A stretch of DNA of 64,000 nt from the NCBI RefSeq assembly GCF_001194135.2, contig NC_068984.1, forward strand, positions 37,689,607 to 37,753,606. The letters are read 5' to 3'. Origin of the DNA: Octopus bimaculoides. Its lineage: Eukaryota. This document shows positions 51,150-62,302 of the stretch, in pieces. Both the position numbers and the translations under genes were made by a program. Position 1 is the stretch's first letter, and each line of letters starts with the position of its first letter. Under the pieces are notes generated by a model, which saw only the letters and a list, made by a program, of their open reading frames with translations, did no database searches and was not told the origin of the DNA.

Positions 51150-51375
51150 ACAGTTTACTCAAAGCTTCCATCACAGTCTCAAGACAGCTCCAGAACCTGG
51201 TACATGTGTTCTCACTCTATCTCTGGGAAGTTCTTCAAACAACTCCTCGGCCTTGATGTTGCAAGCAAAACAGTTGGTATCTTTCTCAACTGTATCCCAT
51301 ACATTGTAATTCATGGTATTACAATGAGGAGGATTAGGAGGCCAAAATTGTAGAAATTCTCCAACAACCACTTGT
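51150..51375 (-). mobile_element. Tc1/mariner transposase C-terminal remnant (a related copy lies at about 56960-57290 +)
   Basis: FWPPNPPHCNTMNYNVWDTVEKDTN resembles the WPPNSPDxNPxDYxVWG motif. The second copy also preserves YV*QQVSALCHTSRK (QQDSAPCH-like). Confidence 0.75.
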
Positions 51376-51512
51376 GACTCTTCCTTGCTTTACCTTTTAT
51401 ATCAGAACTTCCATAAGTAAGATGAAGCTAAAATTCATTGTTTAATAAAATTGTAAGTGAATATTCTTCGCTTATACTAATGAAATCCTATTTTTCTTTT
51501 CAATTCCTCCAG

Positions 51513-51730
51513 GTAGGTTCATTCCACCAGAAGAAGTGAAACTTAATTTATTCAAAGGATGTAACAGAAAATTCACACTACCAAAATCTCATATTATTTC
51601 CAGAGATCGACACAACTCAACTAAATCTACTAAAGTAATTCGATATAAAACAATTCGCTCCCTGAAAAGGCTCAATAAAAGGGTGGAAAAGCTTAAGGAT
51701 ATAGGTGTTGAATTTGATTCAAGCAACTTG
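51513..51730 (+). CDS. NIFK: NIFK exon 4
   Basis: Acceptor TTCCTCCAG|; (C)RFIPPEEVKLNLFKGCNRKFTLPKSH...LKRLNKRVEKLKDIGVEFDSSNL; donor TTG|GTAAGT; phases 1 and 0 fit the neighbouring exons. Confidence 0.92.
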
Positions 51731-52038
51731 GTAAGTAGCAGGAGCATGATGAACTTGTAGCAACTTTTTTTTGATTATTTTACGTCTGTTTTCCCATGCC
51801 AGCATGGAGGAATGTACTGGACATGCCTGTAAGTAAAATTGTGGCCATCCATACTTGCAGGCATGTCTTCTACATCCCTCTCTCAGCTGGAAGATCCTAC
51901 TCTTGCAGGCTTGTAGGTGCTGGGGGCCACATAAAAGCACCTAATGCGCTCTGTAAAGTGGTTGACGTTAGGAAGGGCATCCAATCATAGAAACCACGCC
52001 AGCATGGAAAACGGATGTTAAATGGTGATGGTGATATA

Positions 52039-52912
52039 CAAGGTCTGATCAATAAGTATCTGTACTGTTGCCATAGTAATGAAGCTAAGGCACGCAGTGA
52101 AGCTGCTTGGCATAGGCTGACATTGAACTCTGCTGTGCATGCAAACTAAGTTTTTACGTTCTAGCTCACTTCTGCTGTTTACAGCAGTGCTTGGAAGGAA
52201 AATGTGTAGTGTGTGATCATCGCATTGACCCATGACAGTGAAAGTTGTCATGGCAATACCTGCTCAGAGGCATATGCAAAGTTGCAGAAAGTGTATGGAG
52301 AAGAGTGTATGAGCCACACACAAGTGTCCAAGTGGTTCAGACGTTTCCAAGAAAGCTGGAAAAAATGTCAATATTGATGAATGTTCTGGTAAACCTGCAA
52401 CCAGCAGAACTGAGAAAAACTTCACAGATGTTTGTGCAGCTGTGGTGGGGAAACTGTCGAATCACCATCTGTGAATTATGAATGGTTGTGCAGATTAGTT
52501 CAGTTTGGTCCATTGTCGCTGAAGATTTGGGTAGGAGACACGTGTCTGCCAAGTTTGTTCCAAAACTGCTTTCAGCTAACCAAAAAAACACTTGGGTTTC
52601 AGTTGCACAAGATCTCCCTGATTGTGCCAAGAACGATGGAAACTTTTTGAAAACTTTGCGTAGGCCTCTGAGCAGGTATTGCCAAGATTTTGGCAAAATT
52701 TGATGCAGATTCTCTGTCATGGTCAATACAACAATCACACGCTACATGCCTTCCTTCCAAGAACTGCTGTAAACAGTGGAAGTGAGCTAGAACGTTAAAA
52801 CTTAGCACACATGCACAGCAAAGTTCAAGGCCAATTTGTCATGTGGCTTCATTCTGCATGCTTTAGCTTCATTACTATGGCAACAGTCCAGATACTTATT
52901 AATCAGACTTCA
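52039..52912 (+). mobile_element. Complete non-autonomous mariner with long inverted arms (about 230-250 bp) and TA TSD, in NIFK intron 4
   Basis: TA|CAAGGTCTGATCAATAAGTATC ... GATACTTATTAATCAGACTTCA|TA. The internal frame reads CSEAYAKLQKVYGEECMSHTQVSKWFRRFQ...WSIVAEDLGRRHVSAKFVPKLLS. Confidence 0.9.
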
Positions 52913-54454
52913 TATATATACACATACATACATGAGACATTGTTTTACAGCTGGATATCCTTCTTCTCATAAGCCTGACCTGTATTTTCAAGTAAGGGAG
53001 TTTTTCTGCTACTTGCCATCTAAAGTGCAGAATTACTAGATGGTTTACTGACAGGGAAATGTCAGTACTTTTAGCTCAGCTTCATGCAGTATGTAAAAAT
53101 TAATATAGCCGTATGCACTGTATGTGTGTATATATACACACATGTGGGGATGATTGTGTGGTTAAGTTTGTTTTGAAACCAATGTGATTGAAGGCTATAT
53201 CCTCTGTATGGACATTATTGGCAAGTGGCCTGTACCATAATGCTGTGAGTCAACTAATACTACGTGAGTGAAATTGATGAACAGAAACTGAAGAAGCAAG
53301 TCGTTTTTGTGAGTTCATATTCGTTCACTGTCTGTAAACAACCTTGGTATCATTTGCTTGCAATTTCCCATTGAAGCATGTCCAGATTACTTGATATATT
53401 ATGTGAATCTTTGATCTTCGTAAACAAAAGTCTTGTTTGAATGGTGGTGTTTTCGATTCTCCACATAACCATCTCTGGGCTTTTCATTGTTCTTAGACTT
53501 GAGGGTTATTACCGTAACTATAAAAGAAAAGACTTGCCCAAGGTACTGTGTAGGACTGAACTTGAAACCATATGGTTTGAAAGCAAGCTTCTTAACCACA
53601 AGACTATGCCTGCAAGCATTGTGCTTGTGTTACTGAGATAAGCTAAATTAATATTGGACATCCAAACAACTCTTTCTCCTCATTTGTCAGTCTGATTCTT
53701 AATTTATTGACACCTGCAGGTGATGTATAAGCAATATAAAAGGTAATTAAAAAAACCCTAATCAGAAGACGAGCCACATAACTAGTTTCTAAATTCATAA
53801 CAAAGTGTCTCAATTCTGATGCCTAACTCCGCAAACAAATCAACTCCTTACCCATTGTGAACAAAAATATCTCTAATATTTGCAGTGGAGAAGGCAGCAA
53901 GTTGACATAATCATTAGAACACCAAGCAAAATGCTTGGCAGCATGTCATCCATTTTTACATTCTGAGTTCAAATTCCATTGTGGTTGACTTTGCCTTTCA
54001 TCTTTTCAGGGTTGATAAAATAACAGTTGAGCACTGGGGTCAGTGTAATCAACTTACCTCTTTGTCAAATTCAGAAGCATATCAGTTTAACTGTGTTTTA
54101 TCACAAATATTGCATTGTGCTGCTTCAAATATTGCTGGTTGCACATTTTAAAGTGATTATTTTTATATGTATATATAATCTTATTTTCCATACTTATGTC
54201 ACTGAAACCTAGGGCTTAGGCTGCATGTAGTTTGACTCCTTCCCTCATCCAACCAAGACATAAAAGACAAAAACAAAGCTACTTTGATTTAAACTCAGGA
54301 TGTTAAGCAAAAATATTTACTGTATTCAATCCATTGTTTCTGGTTAACTCAAACAGACAAGAGTTTGAAATAGTCGAAAAATAAGTCAGGATTTGGAGCA
54401 TTTTCAATAATGGATAGAATATTTCTTTTAACTTTTTTCTTTTTATTTTTTCAG

Positions 54455-54790
54455 GAAAAATCAATCAAGGCCAGATTAGATAAGCAGCTATCTGTAGCTA
54501 AAAAAGAAACTGATGACAGTTCAGAGATGAAGAAAGATGAGTCCATACTTTCTGCAGGTGATACCAGTCATTTGACTAATGAAACTGACTCCAAAACTGG
54601 TGGCAGCATATTATTACTGGAAGATGACATCAGTGATGATGAGATACAGATAAAAACGCCACCAAACTGTGTCAAACGCTCAAAGCTAAACCAGCTTTCC
54701 AAAAAAGAACTCAGGAAGGTTAAGACCATAAAAACAGCCAAAGCACCCAGCTATAGATTATTCCCAAAACCAAAAAAGGTTAAAGAATAA
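54455..54790 (+). CDS. NIFK: NIFK proximal last exon (5a), completing a 298-aa protein
   Basis: Poly-pyrimidine tract plus TCAG|, phase 0; EKSIKARLDKQ...LLEDDISDDEIQIKTPPNCVKRSK...KPKKVKE*. The DDEI..K.P..CVK block resembles the vertebrate NIFK C-terminal region (recalled). Confidence 0.88.
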   Translation, partial: EKSIKARLDKQLSVAKKETDDSSEMKKDESILSAGDTSHLTNETDSKTGGSILLLEDDISDDEIQIKTPPNCVKRSKLNQLSKKELRKVKTIKTAKAPSYRLFPKPKKVKE

Positions 54791-54805
54791 TTATGAAAGT
54801 TTTAC

Positions 54806-54811
54806 AATAAA
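54806..54811 (+). terminator. Polyadenylation signal AATAAA after exon 5a
   Basis: AATAAA 16 nt after the stop codon, followed by a T-rich stretch. Confidence 0.6.
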
Positions 54812-57800
54812 AATTTTAAAACTAATTTCTTCTCTTTAACTTTTTTAACAACTTTTTTTGTAAAATTGTCCAAGTCAAACTACTATAGAAAAACTTGGGC
54901 AATTTTACAAATCTCAAAATTTATTGGGTCATAATAATGTGCTGAAATGGCTTTTATTTGTTTAAATGAACCTCTGGTATGACGATTGCTGTTAAGCTGA
55001 TATTTTAAGGGATTTTGTTGAATTTTTAAATTTTAACTAGGGGGCATTGCAGTCTCTGGGGTTCTTCAATTATACTATTTTTTTGGTTTTCTGAAAGTGA
55101 ATTTGACTATTTGAGTTTACTCATTTTATTGAAGGGTTTTTTTTTTTTTATATGGATAGTTGTAGACAGTGTCCATAGTTCATCTAGACATTCCCAACTG
55201 GTGAGTTGTAATGGGGTTGATATTCAGCTTGAACTTCTAGTGGATATCTATAGTGAAAACATAGTGGAAGCTTCAGTGGGATACACCTTTGGAAAGAAGA
55301 GATTCAGTATAGAGAAGAGTGAGCTCCATGAGGAGTTGCAAGAGGCAGAGAGTGCTTGATTGGCTAGGTTGTAAGCAGGATTCGTAGCTGCAGTAGGAGG
55401 GAGGAAACTAAGCACATTGATAGGCTTGTAGTTGTAGCTTGTTAGCAAAGAACTGCTGAACAGGAAGGCTTTCTTTTTACTTGAACCTAGAATCTAGTAG
55501 CAGCTACACTGTTCTTGATATGTGGAGTATAGCAGTCATCATCATCATCATTTAACATCTGTTGTCTATGCCAGCATGGGTTGGATGGTTTGACCAGGGC
55601 TGCACCAGACTCCCAGTCTGATTTGGCATGGTTTCTATGACCTTCCTAATGCCAACCACTCCAAGAGTGTAATTGGTGCTTTTATGTGCCAATTGTGTGA
55701 CACCAGTATCTCCCACAACTACGATTTCACTTGGCTTGAAATTATTTTTTTATGGTTCTAGTAGTCAGTGTTGGAATAGCAATGCCTACACCCTTTTGTA
55801 TAGAATGGAGGAAGAAACCAAGACTTGCATCAGAGTAAATTTCATTGAAGGTGCCAAAAGACCAGGTAATACTGTTAAATTGCATTAGTGTCCCATCTAA
55901 GTACAATGGACAAAGTTCTTATCTCTTCAATCTCACCTGTAAGGTTGTGGTATACTATTTCTTGTCATGATGCTCTTCAGTGTTGTTGAACTCAGGACCA
56001 TGTGATTGAGAAACAAATTTCATAACCACAGGGTCATGTCTGGCCATTGCCTTCAAAGAGGTAACTTTACATTTGTAATGCAATTTTGGTAATGTTATGC
56101 TTATAGTTGCCAGAAAAATTCATCAGAGACTGTGAGGTCAAGCATCCCTAACTGTCCAAACTTTTGACTCTTCAAACTGTATTTTAAGAAAATAGTGTAA
56201 TTTAACAGAAAGTTGGGTTAGAACAACAATTCATAATTAGTATAGCTTACTGAGCTACTATGTATAAAACACTTTCTTTCAAGCAGTCTAGAAGCTGTTC
56301 ATTTTATATGTCTCTTAGCTGTACAACAAGCTCCTATATATGGATTTTATGTCAAGAAATATCATTAGTTGATCTGTTTAATGGCAGTGAAACCTTAACT
56401 TAGCACATATCCTTATGATTCTTTTATAAATTTTAGATGTTTTCATGCTGTTGGAGTATATATCTTCTCAGATGGATCTACTTTCTACAAACCAAAGTTC
56501 AACCATGAAATAAGATCATAACTTGACACACTTGTTTTTGAGCAAGTAGGATCTCAAATCATTTTATTTACTCTCACTGATTAACCAAATTATATCTTTC
56601 TTACTTAACATTTCTAACTTGCCTTCATTACACATTACAGCTCTATATAATTATATATATATATGAAAGAGTGTGTGTTTGAGTTAAATTTGACAATTTA
56701 ATTTTTTAAGGTTGATGTATTGGAGAACATAATGATTAAAGTTACAGTTGAGAAAAAGTTAACTGAATGGGAAACTAGAAGCCATCTGAATATTGGAAAA
56801 GAATTCCCTGTATCATGATGATTCTTACCAGGTATCATGATATCAACATCATTGCTAGTTAATGCTCTGTGAACACTGTAAAATGTGACAGGGAAAGCTG
56901 TAGCCAGCAGGTGTTCTGACTCCACACAGCCTTAGGCTCAATTCAGATGGCATGTTAAGCTACTGGAGACTAGTCAATCCCTGGTTGTAGAGGATTGTTG
57001 ATGGAAGGACATATGTGTGACAGCAGGTTTCAGCTCTTTGCCATACCTCTAGAAAGAATCAGAAGTGATTATCAGAGAATTTCTGACCTAATTCCCCCAA
57101 TTGTAATCTCATGGATTACAATGTGTGGGGCACAGTTAAGAAAGACCTTCTGCTCTGCCTGAAATTCCAAGGCCGAGATCGAGGAGGCTTTCAGAGGTCT
57201 TCTCAAGGATGCAGTGAGGAATGCATTCACCAGATTCCAGAGTTATCTTGAGGCGCTGATGGTGGCAACTTTGAGTTAACTGTTATCTCCCAACCATAAT
57301 CTAGTAATTCTTTTTGATTCCTTAAAATACTTTTACTTTTGGATGGGATATTATATTTTCTTTTCCTTTTATGCATACTGTCAAATTTACCCAAAACAGC
57401 TTGTACATGTGTGTGATTTCATTCTCACAAATAAGGAAAAGCCTGTTGACAAGTATTTCAAATTCTAAGATTTTTGAGTAACATTTGTGATTTTTTCCTA
57501 TTGAGGAATGAAATATTAACAACTTTTGAAATTATATCTAACCTACTTTTTAAATACTGTTTTCTTCAGTTTCATTCTAATACACTAATTGACTTGATAA
57601 GAAAAGTTTATTGTCACTATAAATATTTCTGTACCTGAAATGAAAGATGTGCCTCATCTATTTAATGTTGGAAAAAAAAAATACTTAGTGGTCTGTGAAT
57701 GTACAACAGAAGAATACTACTAATGCTCCTGCATTTTATACAGTGCACCAAACATACACATCTGTGATCATATCCATGTTACTTTGATATCTTGCAGTAT

Positions 57801-58429
57801 TGTGTTTCATTTGAGAGGGATACTAGCTCGATACTGTGTCTTCTTCCTTGAAAAAAGATACGTCTACTCATAGTAACCATGCACACTTTGAACAGACCTC
57901 TGATCAAATGTATTTCAGCTGTAGTCATGTTGTGATTTCAATTCAAAACATAAAGGGACATAACTGGATACTTCAAAATATTTTGATCAACTGATGTACT
58001 AACTCTTTTTTCCACCTTTATCAGGGCAGACAATAGGTATTTTTGTTAGAGAATGGTTTATAAGTGATATAGTCAACCCAAGTAGCTTACTATTCATTTT
58101 GTTTGTTTTATTTTTGACACTAGTCTCGCATTATCATTCTAAAATTACTTTTAGCCCCAAATTAATGAAGCATTAACTTTAGCCATGTAAAAAGTATTTG
58201 TTTTTGGTCTTTACTATCAATGCCACCATCACTATTACATCACTTATTACCAGTAAAAGCAATTATATATCTCTAATGTCACAAAGTTATCTTTTTCTAA
58301 TTTGGTAGTCTGTAAGTACTTCTCATCAGACAACTGAAGGCTTCATTTCAGTCTTGTAAAATATGTTGTTCAGTAACTTCTTGTTCTTGTATATCGCTTC
58401 CGAATGATCCCTCACAGCTGAAAACTTTA

Positions 58430-58560
58430 GTGAAAGTAATAACATTGCACTTGACATCAGGAAAACTTACCATGTCTGACATGTGAATCTTCTAGCTAAG
58501 ATGTCTGGCTAGATTCTTCATATCTCCTACGTCTTGGATTGGAAGAATCTATAAGCCGAG
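58430..58560 (+). mobile_element. Decayed CR1/Jockey-like LINE RT fragment
   Basis: IALDIRKTYHV*HVNLLAKMSG resembles the IALDISKAFDRVWHxxLLAK motif. Confidence 0.5.
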
Positions 58561-60149
58561 ATATTGTGTACATCCTTCAATTAGGACATAACAATGTAAT
58601 CTCTTTCAACAGTATAATGGTCCCATTACAGCACACTTTTAGGAAACATGTGGTACCATTAATGGAATCCACTCTGTTGTAAGCATTCAGAGCAGGTCTG
58701 TGAATAACCCAGGAGTGATGGTTCTTTCTCCTTCCTACATCAGTTTCAGAGGACATGCAGAAATGATTATGCATACAGTCTCTCTTCCTCTAAGCCACAA
58801 ACATATCTATAAGTGGTCTTGTGTCTAGAATGCCTTACAGGACTGGTTCTAAGTTCAAATCCTGACAAAGTCAACTTTGCTTTTCAAACTTTCAGCAGTC
58901 CAGAGTAGTGAGTTGGCAATGGGCAGGATGTCTTACAGCATCTATTTTCGCTCTGTTCATTCTGAGTTCAAATACCAACCCAACATAGAAAAAGGTGATA
59001 TCACTGCCAAGGATTGGAATCCACAGATAGTAAGATTGTGTCAGCAATTTTAAAAGTCAATGGAAAATTAGTTTCCTTAAATCAACAGCCACCACATGTG
59101 TATGTATAGATGAAATGGAAGGGAACAGAACTCAACTCATGATCAAGTAAGACCACTTCCTTAACTTGGAATGTTCATGCAAATGTTCTAAAAACTCACG
59201 GAGTTCCTGTGTGTAAATTTGCTTTGAACGGATGAAGTGTTTCACAGCTCTGAACCCACTTTTCAGTGCAATTAGCTATAACATTAATGGTACAACAGAG
59301 GCTGAGATGGCCAGAAACTAACTGCACTTCAGGTTTTATATATATATATATATATATATACACCCACACACATAAGCATGTGAGCGCATAAGTTCAAGAC
59401 AAGGTGGAAAAAATAGCACTCAAATAGCAGAGATATAGTAAAATAATATTTGAATGAAGCTGGAAAGACTTTACAAATTGTTACTCAGTGTTTCAGCAAG
59501 AAACTGAACACTCATAATACATCATCTTAAATGGGAGATTCCTCATCATCATCATATGTGTGTGTGTGTGTGTGTTTGTTATCACTTATTAAAACTATAT
59601 CTCAAAGATTTGACTTGTTATTTGGAGCTAGGAAATTCTTTAGCTCTGATCTGTTGCAAACAGTACCAAGGTACAAGACCCACATTTGAGTCCTACTCAC
59701 ATCAAAGGGATTGTACTGTTGCTGATATATGCACAATCTAGATTGTATCCAAACAAAGGCTGTTGTGCAGCACAATTCTACCACTTTCTCACAGACAAGC
59801 CATTTCTTTATTCTCTTTTGACAATGCACCTTTGCCCCTCATAACAGCATGAGATGTTTTGGTGCTGCCTGTTAGACATCACTGATTGAACACTAACTTA
59901 TTTGACATCAGACAATTTAATGTCTGTCTCTCACCCTCTATCTATCTCTTTATGTATGTAAACATATTTCTCTGTCTATGTATATGAGGATAGGGAAAGT
60001 GTTAATGTCATTTATGTTCAATTAATAATGTAATACAATGTCTTTTTTCACTCTATCTATATATGTAAGTTTCTGCATGCACATATGTGTGTGTTTGCCT
60101 TGAGAGCCAAAAAGAAATGTTACCCAAATCAGGCTAAATGTCCAGTCAG

Positions 60150-60390
60150 CCATGCCAAATAATCAGCATTGAAACAGCTGCACCGAATTGTCTCATTCCA
60201 TTCAGAACACTGTTCACCACAAATTAGTTTGTTCCCAGACTTGTTTGTCACTTTTGCTATCCCTCATCGCCTTCCAGACTCTGCACTTCAAACACTAGAA
60301 CTAAAACCCTCAAGAATTCTTTCCCTGCTTACATTGTTTCCTAGACACTAACCGACAAGTGTTAAAACTGAATGTTAACAACAGCAATGT
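60150..60390 (+). mobile_element. Decayed 3' end of a CR1/Jockey-like LINE
   Basis: Similar to the better-preserved 63130-63480 fragment (GAATTCTTTCCCTGC...TTTCCTA...AATGTTAACAACAGC). Confidence 0.4.
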
Positions 60391-60840
60391 CACAAGTCCC
60401 AGGGAGACTTCAAAGTACATGGGTACTAATTCCACTTCTCTTCTGTTTTGTACAAAAGAAAATATAACCGTTTTCTAAAAGAATAGTTTTCTACATTTAC
60501 AATTAGACTGACCAATATTTTGTAATTTCTGTTTTCCATTATCTCCGTTTTATGGGAGGCTTCTTTCTTTTTTAAAAATATACATTCCTTTTTGAATGGT
60601 CCCATCTCTGTTGTTAGGTGTTATATTTATTTTGTTTTATGTACTTCTTGTTTAGCCACAGGCCAGCTGAGATCCAGTAAAAACCTATGGAGGGGAGATT
60701 AGTCAATATAGTACCTGACTACACATAAAGATGAGTTAGCAATGACTGCTCAGTCAGTGATCTGGAGATAAATAACAACTGCCTTCAACACTATATAGCA
60801 CTAGAAAATAACATTGATAACTAGCTAGCTACTTTAAACT

Positions 60841-61014
60841 CTCTCTCTCTCTCTCTCTCTCGCTCACACACACTTCTCTTCTCCCCTCCTCTCTCTCTCT
60901 CTCTCTCGCTCACACACACTTCNNNNNNNNNNACACACACTTCTCTTCTCCCCTCCTCTCTCTCTCTCTCTCTCGCTCACACACACTTCTCTTCTCCCCT
61001 CCTCTCTCTCTCTC
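60841..61014. repeat. Minisatellite of about 46 bp, (CT)n-CGCTCACACACACTTCTCTTCTCCCCTC, spanning a 10-N gap
   Basis: Three to four near-identical units, read directly from the sequence. Confidence 0.9.
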
Positions 61015-61237
61015 AACAAACTTTCCTTTTTCTTCTATTAAATATCATTTTTTTGATCCACAGCTTTCCTATAGCTCAATTTTGATTTTATTTTAGTTTT
61101 TACTATTAAATCAAAGAGAGTCAACATGAATAAAATCAAGAGCAATTTAGAAAAGATAAGATCATAAAAACAGCCTAAAATCTCAGTGGGAAAAATTTAA
61201 AGAATAATTTTGAAAATTTGTAATAAAAATAGTTTAA

Positions 61238-61451
61238 CCCTTTCGTTACTGTATTTATTTTGGGATGCTCTGTGTTTCTTTCAATTACTTTAAATATAAC
61301 AAAGAATTTCGTAAAATAGCTTAATTATCATTCAGCTAGTGTTAGGAACATAAATTGTGACAAAGGTTTGGTGGAAGATTTTAATTCAAAACTTATGAAA
61401 ACAAGACATTTGTACTCAGAGCCAGTTTCAGTCGGGTTGGTAACAAAAGGG
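61238..61451. mobile_element. piggyBac-type MITE with TTAA TSD
   Basis: TTAA|CCCTTTCGTTAC ... GTAACAAAAGGG|TTAA (11 of 12 positions match in the TIR; CCC/GGG ends). Confidence 0.9.
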
Positions 61452-61637
61452 TTAACTTAATAAAAAAAATGTAATTTCTTCACTTCAGTATTATTTAGTA
61501 CTTGGTTGTTTGTCTTTTACAATATTAAGACATGGTAAGTTGGATGGTTTCAAGATTTCTTAAGTTATCAAAAATATCTTTTGGTTTCTAATTTGCAAGC
61601 TACCAACAAGCATGCCAACGTGCATTTTTTTTTTTTT

Positions 61638-61688
61638 TACTAACTCTGGGTCTTTTTTTTTTTTTTTACATTTCTTCAGTCTCAGCAG
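61638..61688 (+). promoter_or_regulatory. 3' splice region of the distal exon: TACTAAC branch point, poly-T tract and three in-frame CAG acceptors
   Basis: TACTAAC at 61638-61644, then a T tract, then CAG at 61677-79, 61683-85 and 61686-88, all giving phase 0 with the downstream ORF. Confidence 0.75.
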
Positions 61689-62153
61689 GAAAATTTACCA
61701 AGTGCTATAAGAATGAAAAGCAGGCATGTAATTAAGAAAGAATCCAATAACAGTCAGACACTGAATGAGAGAAATGAAGGTCAAAGGATTAATGACAACA
61801 ATATCATGTTTTGGGAAAATAATCATAATAAACCATTTAACAAGAACATTGCCCTTCATTTTAAAACCCTTGATGATTCTTTTACGATTTCTGCTTCTGA
61901 TGAAAACTATGTGAACGATGAGACCATTTCTGCACACCCTGACTGCTGGATACTCAGTAATACTCCATCTGCATCATCTCGAAATAACAGTTTATATTTA
62001 TTGGAAGATGACAGCAGTGATGATGAAATAATATTGAAAACACCACCAAACTGTGTTAAACGGTCAAAATTAAACACACTTTCTGAAGAACAGCTCGGGA
62101 AAGTAAAAACCATAAAAACAGCCCAGAATCCAAGCTATAAATTATTTCCTTAA
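61689..62153 (+). CDS. NIFK: Duplicated distal last exon (5b) of NIFK, predicted alternative C-terminus (341-344-aa isoform)
   Basis: Open 154-codon frame in phase with the exon 4 donor. 40 of 51 residues are identical to exon 5a over LLEDD...PSYxLFP. No copies of exons 1-4 were found between 5a and 5b. Confidence 0.75.
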   Translation, partial: ENLPSAIRMKSRHVIKKESNNSQTLNERNEGQRINDNNIMFWENNHNKPFNKNIALHFKTLDDSFTISASDENYVNDETISAHPDCWILSNTPSASSRNNSLYLLEDDSSDDEIILKTPPNCVKRSKLNTLSEEQLGKVKTIKTAQNPSYKLFP

Positions 62154-62287
62154 CTAAAATCGTTTTGAAAATTTGACAAAAATACTTTAGCCTTATTTTT
62201 TTGCATTATGATATTATTTAAAACTAATTTTTGAAAGAAAGATATTTTTCTCAGCTATGGAAAGAAAGTTCATTTTAAAATACATTC

Positions 62288-62302
62288 AATAAAAGAAATA
62301 AA
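62288..62302 (+). terminator. Two AATAAA polyadenylation signals after exon 5b
   Basis: CAATAAAAGAAATAAAAC followed by a T-rich downstream element. Confidence 0.6.

Noticed and set aside
55111-55448. Overlapping 82-aa (+) and 66-aa (-) ORFs downstream of exon 5a
   Set aside because: No convincing splice context or recognisable domain. It is probably a decayed LINE piece, but it could not be assigned.
54455-62153. Exon 5b as a haplotype or assembly duplicate, or as part of a full tandem gene copy
   Set aside because: Divergence is far too high for alleles, the flanking introns do not align, and no second copy of exons 1-4 was found between the two exons.
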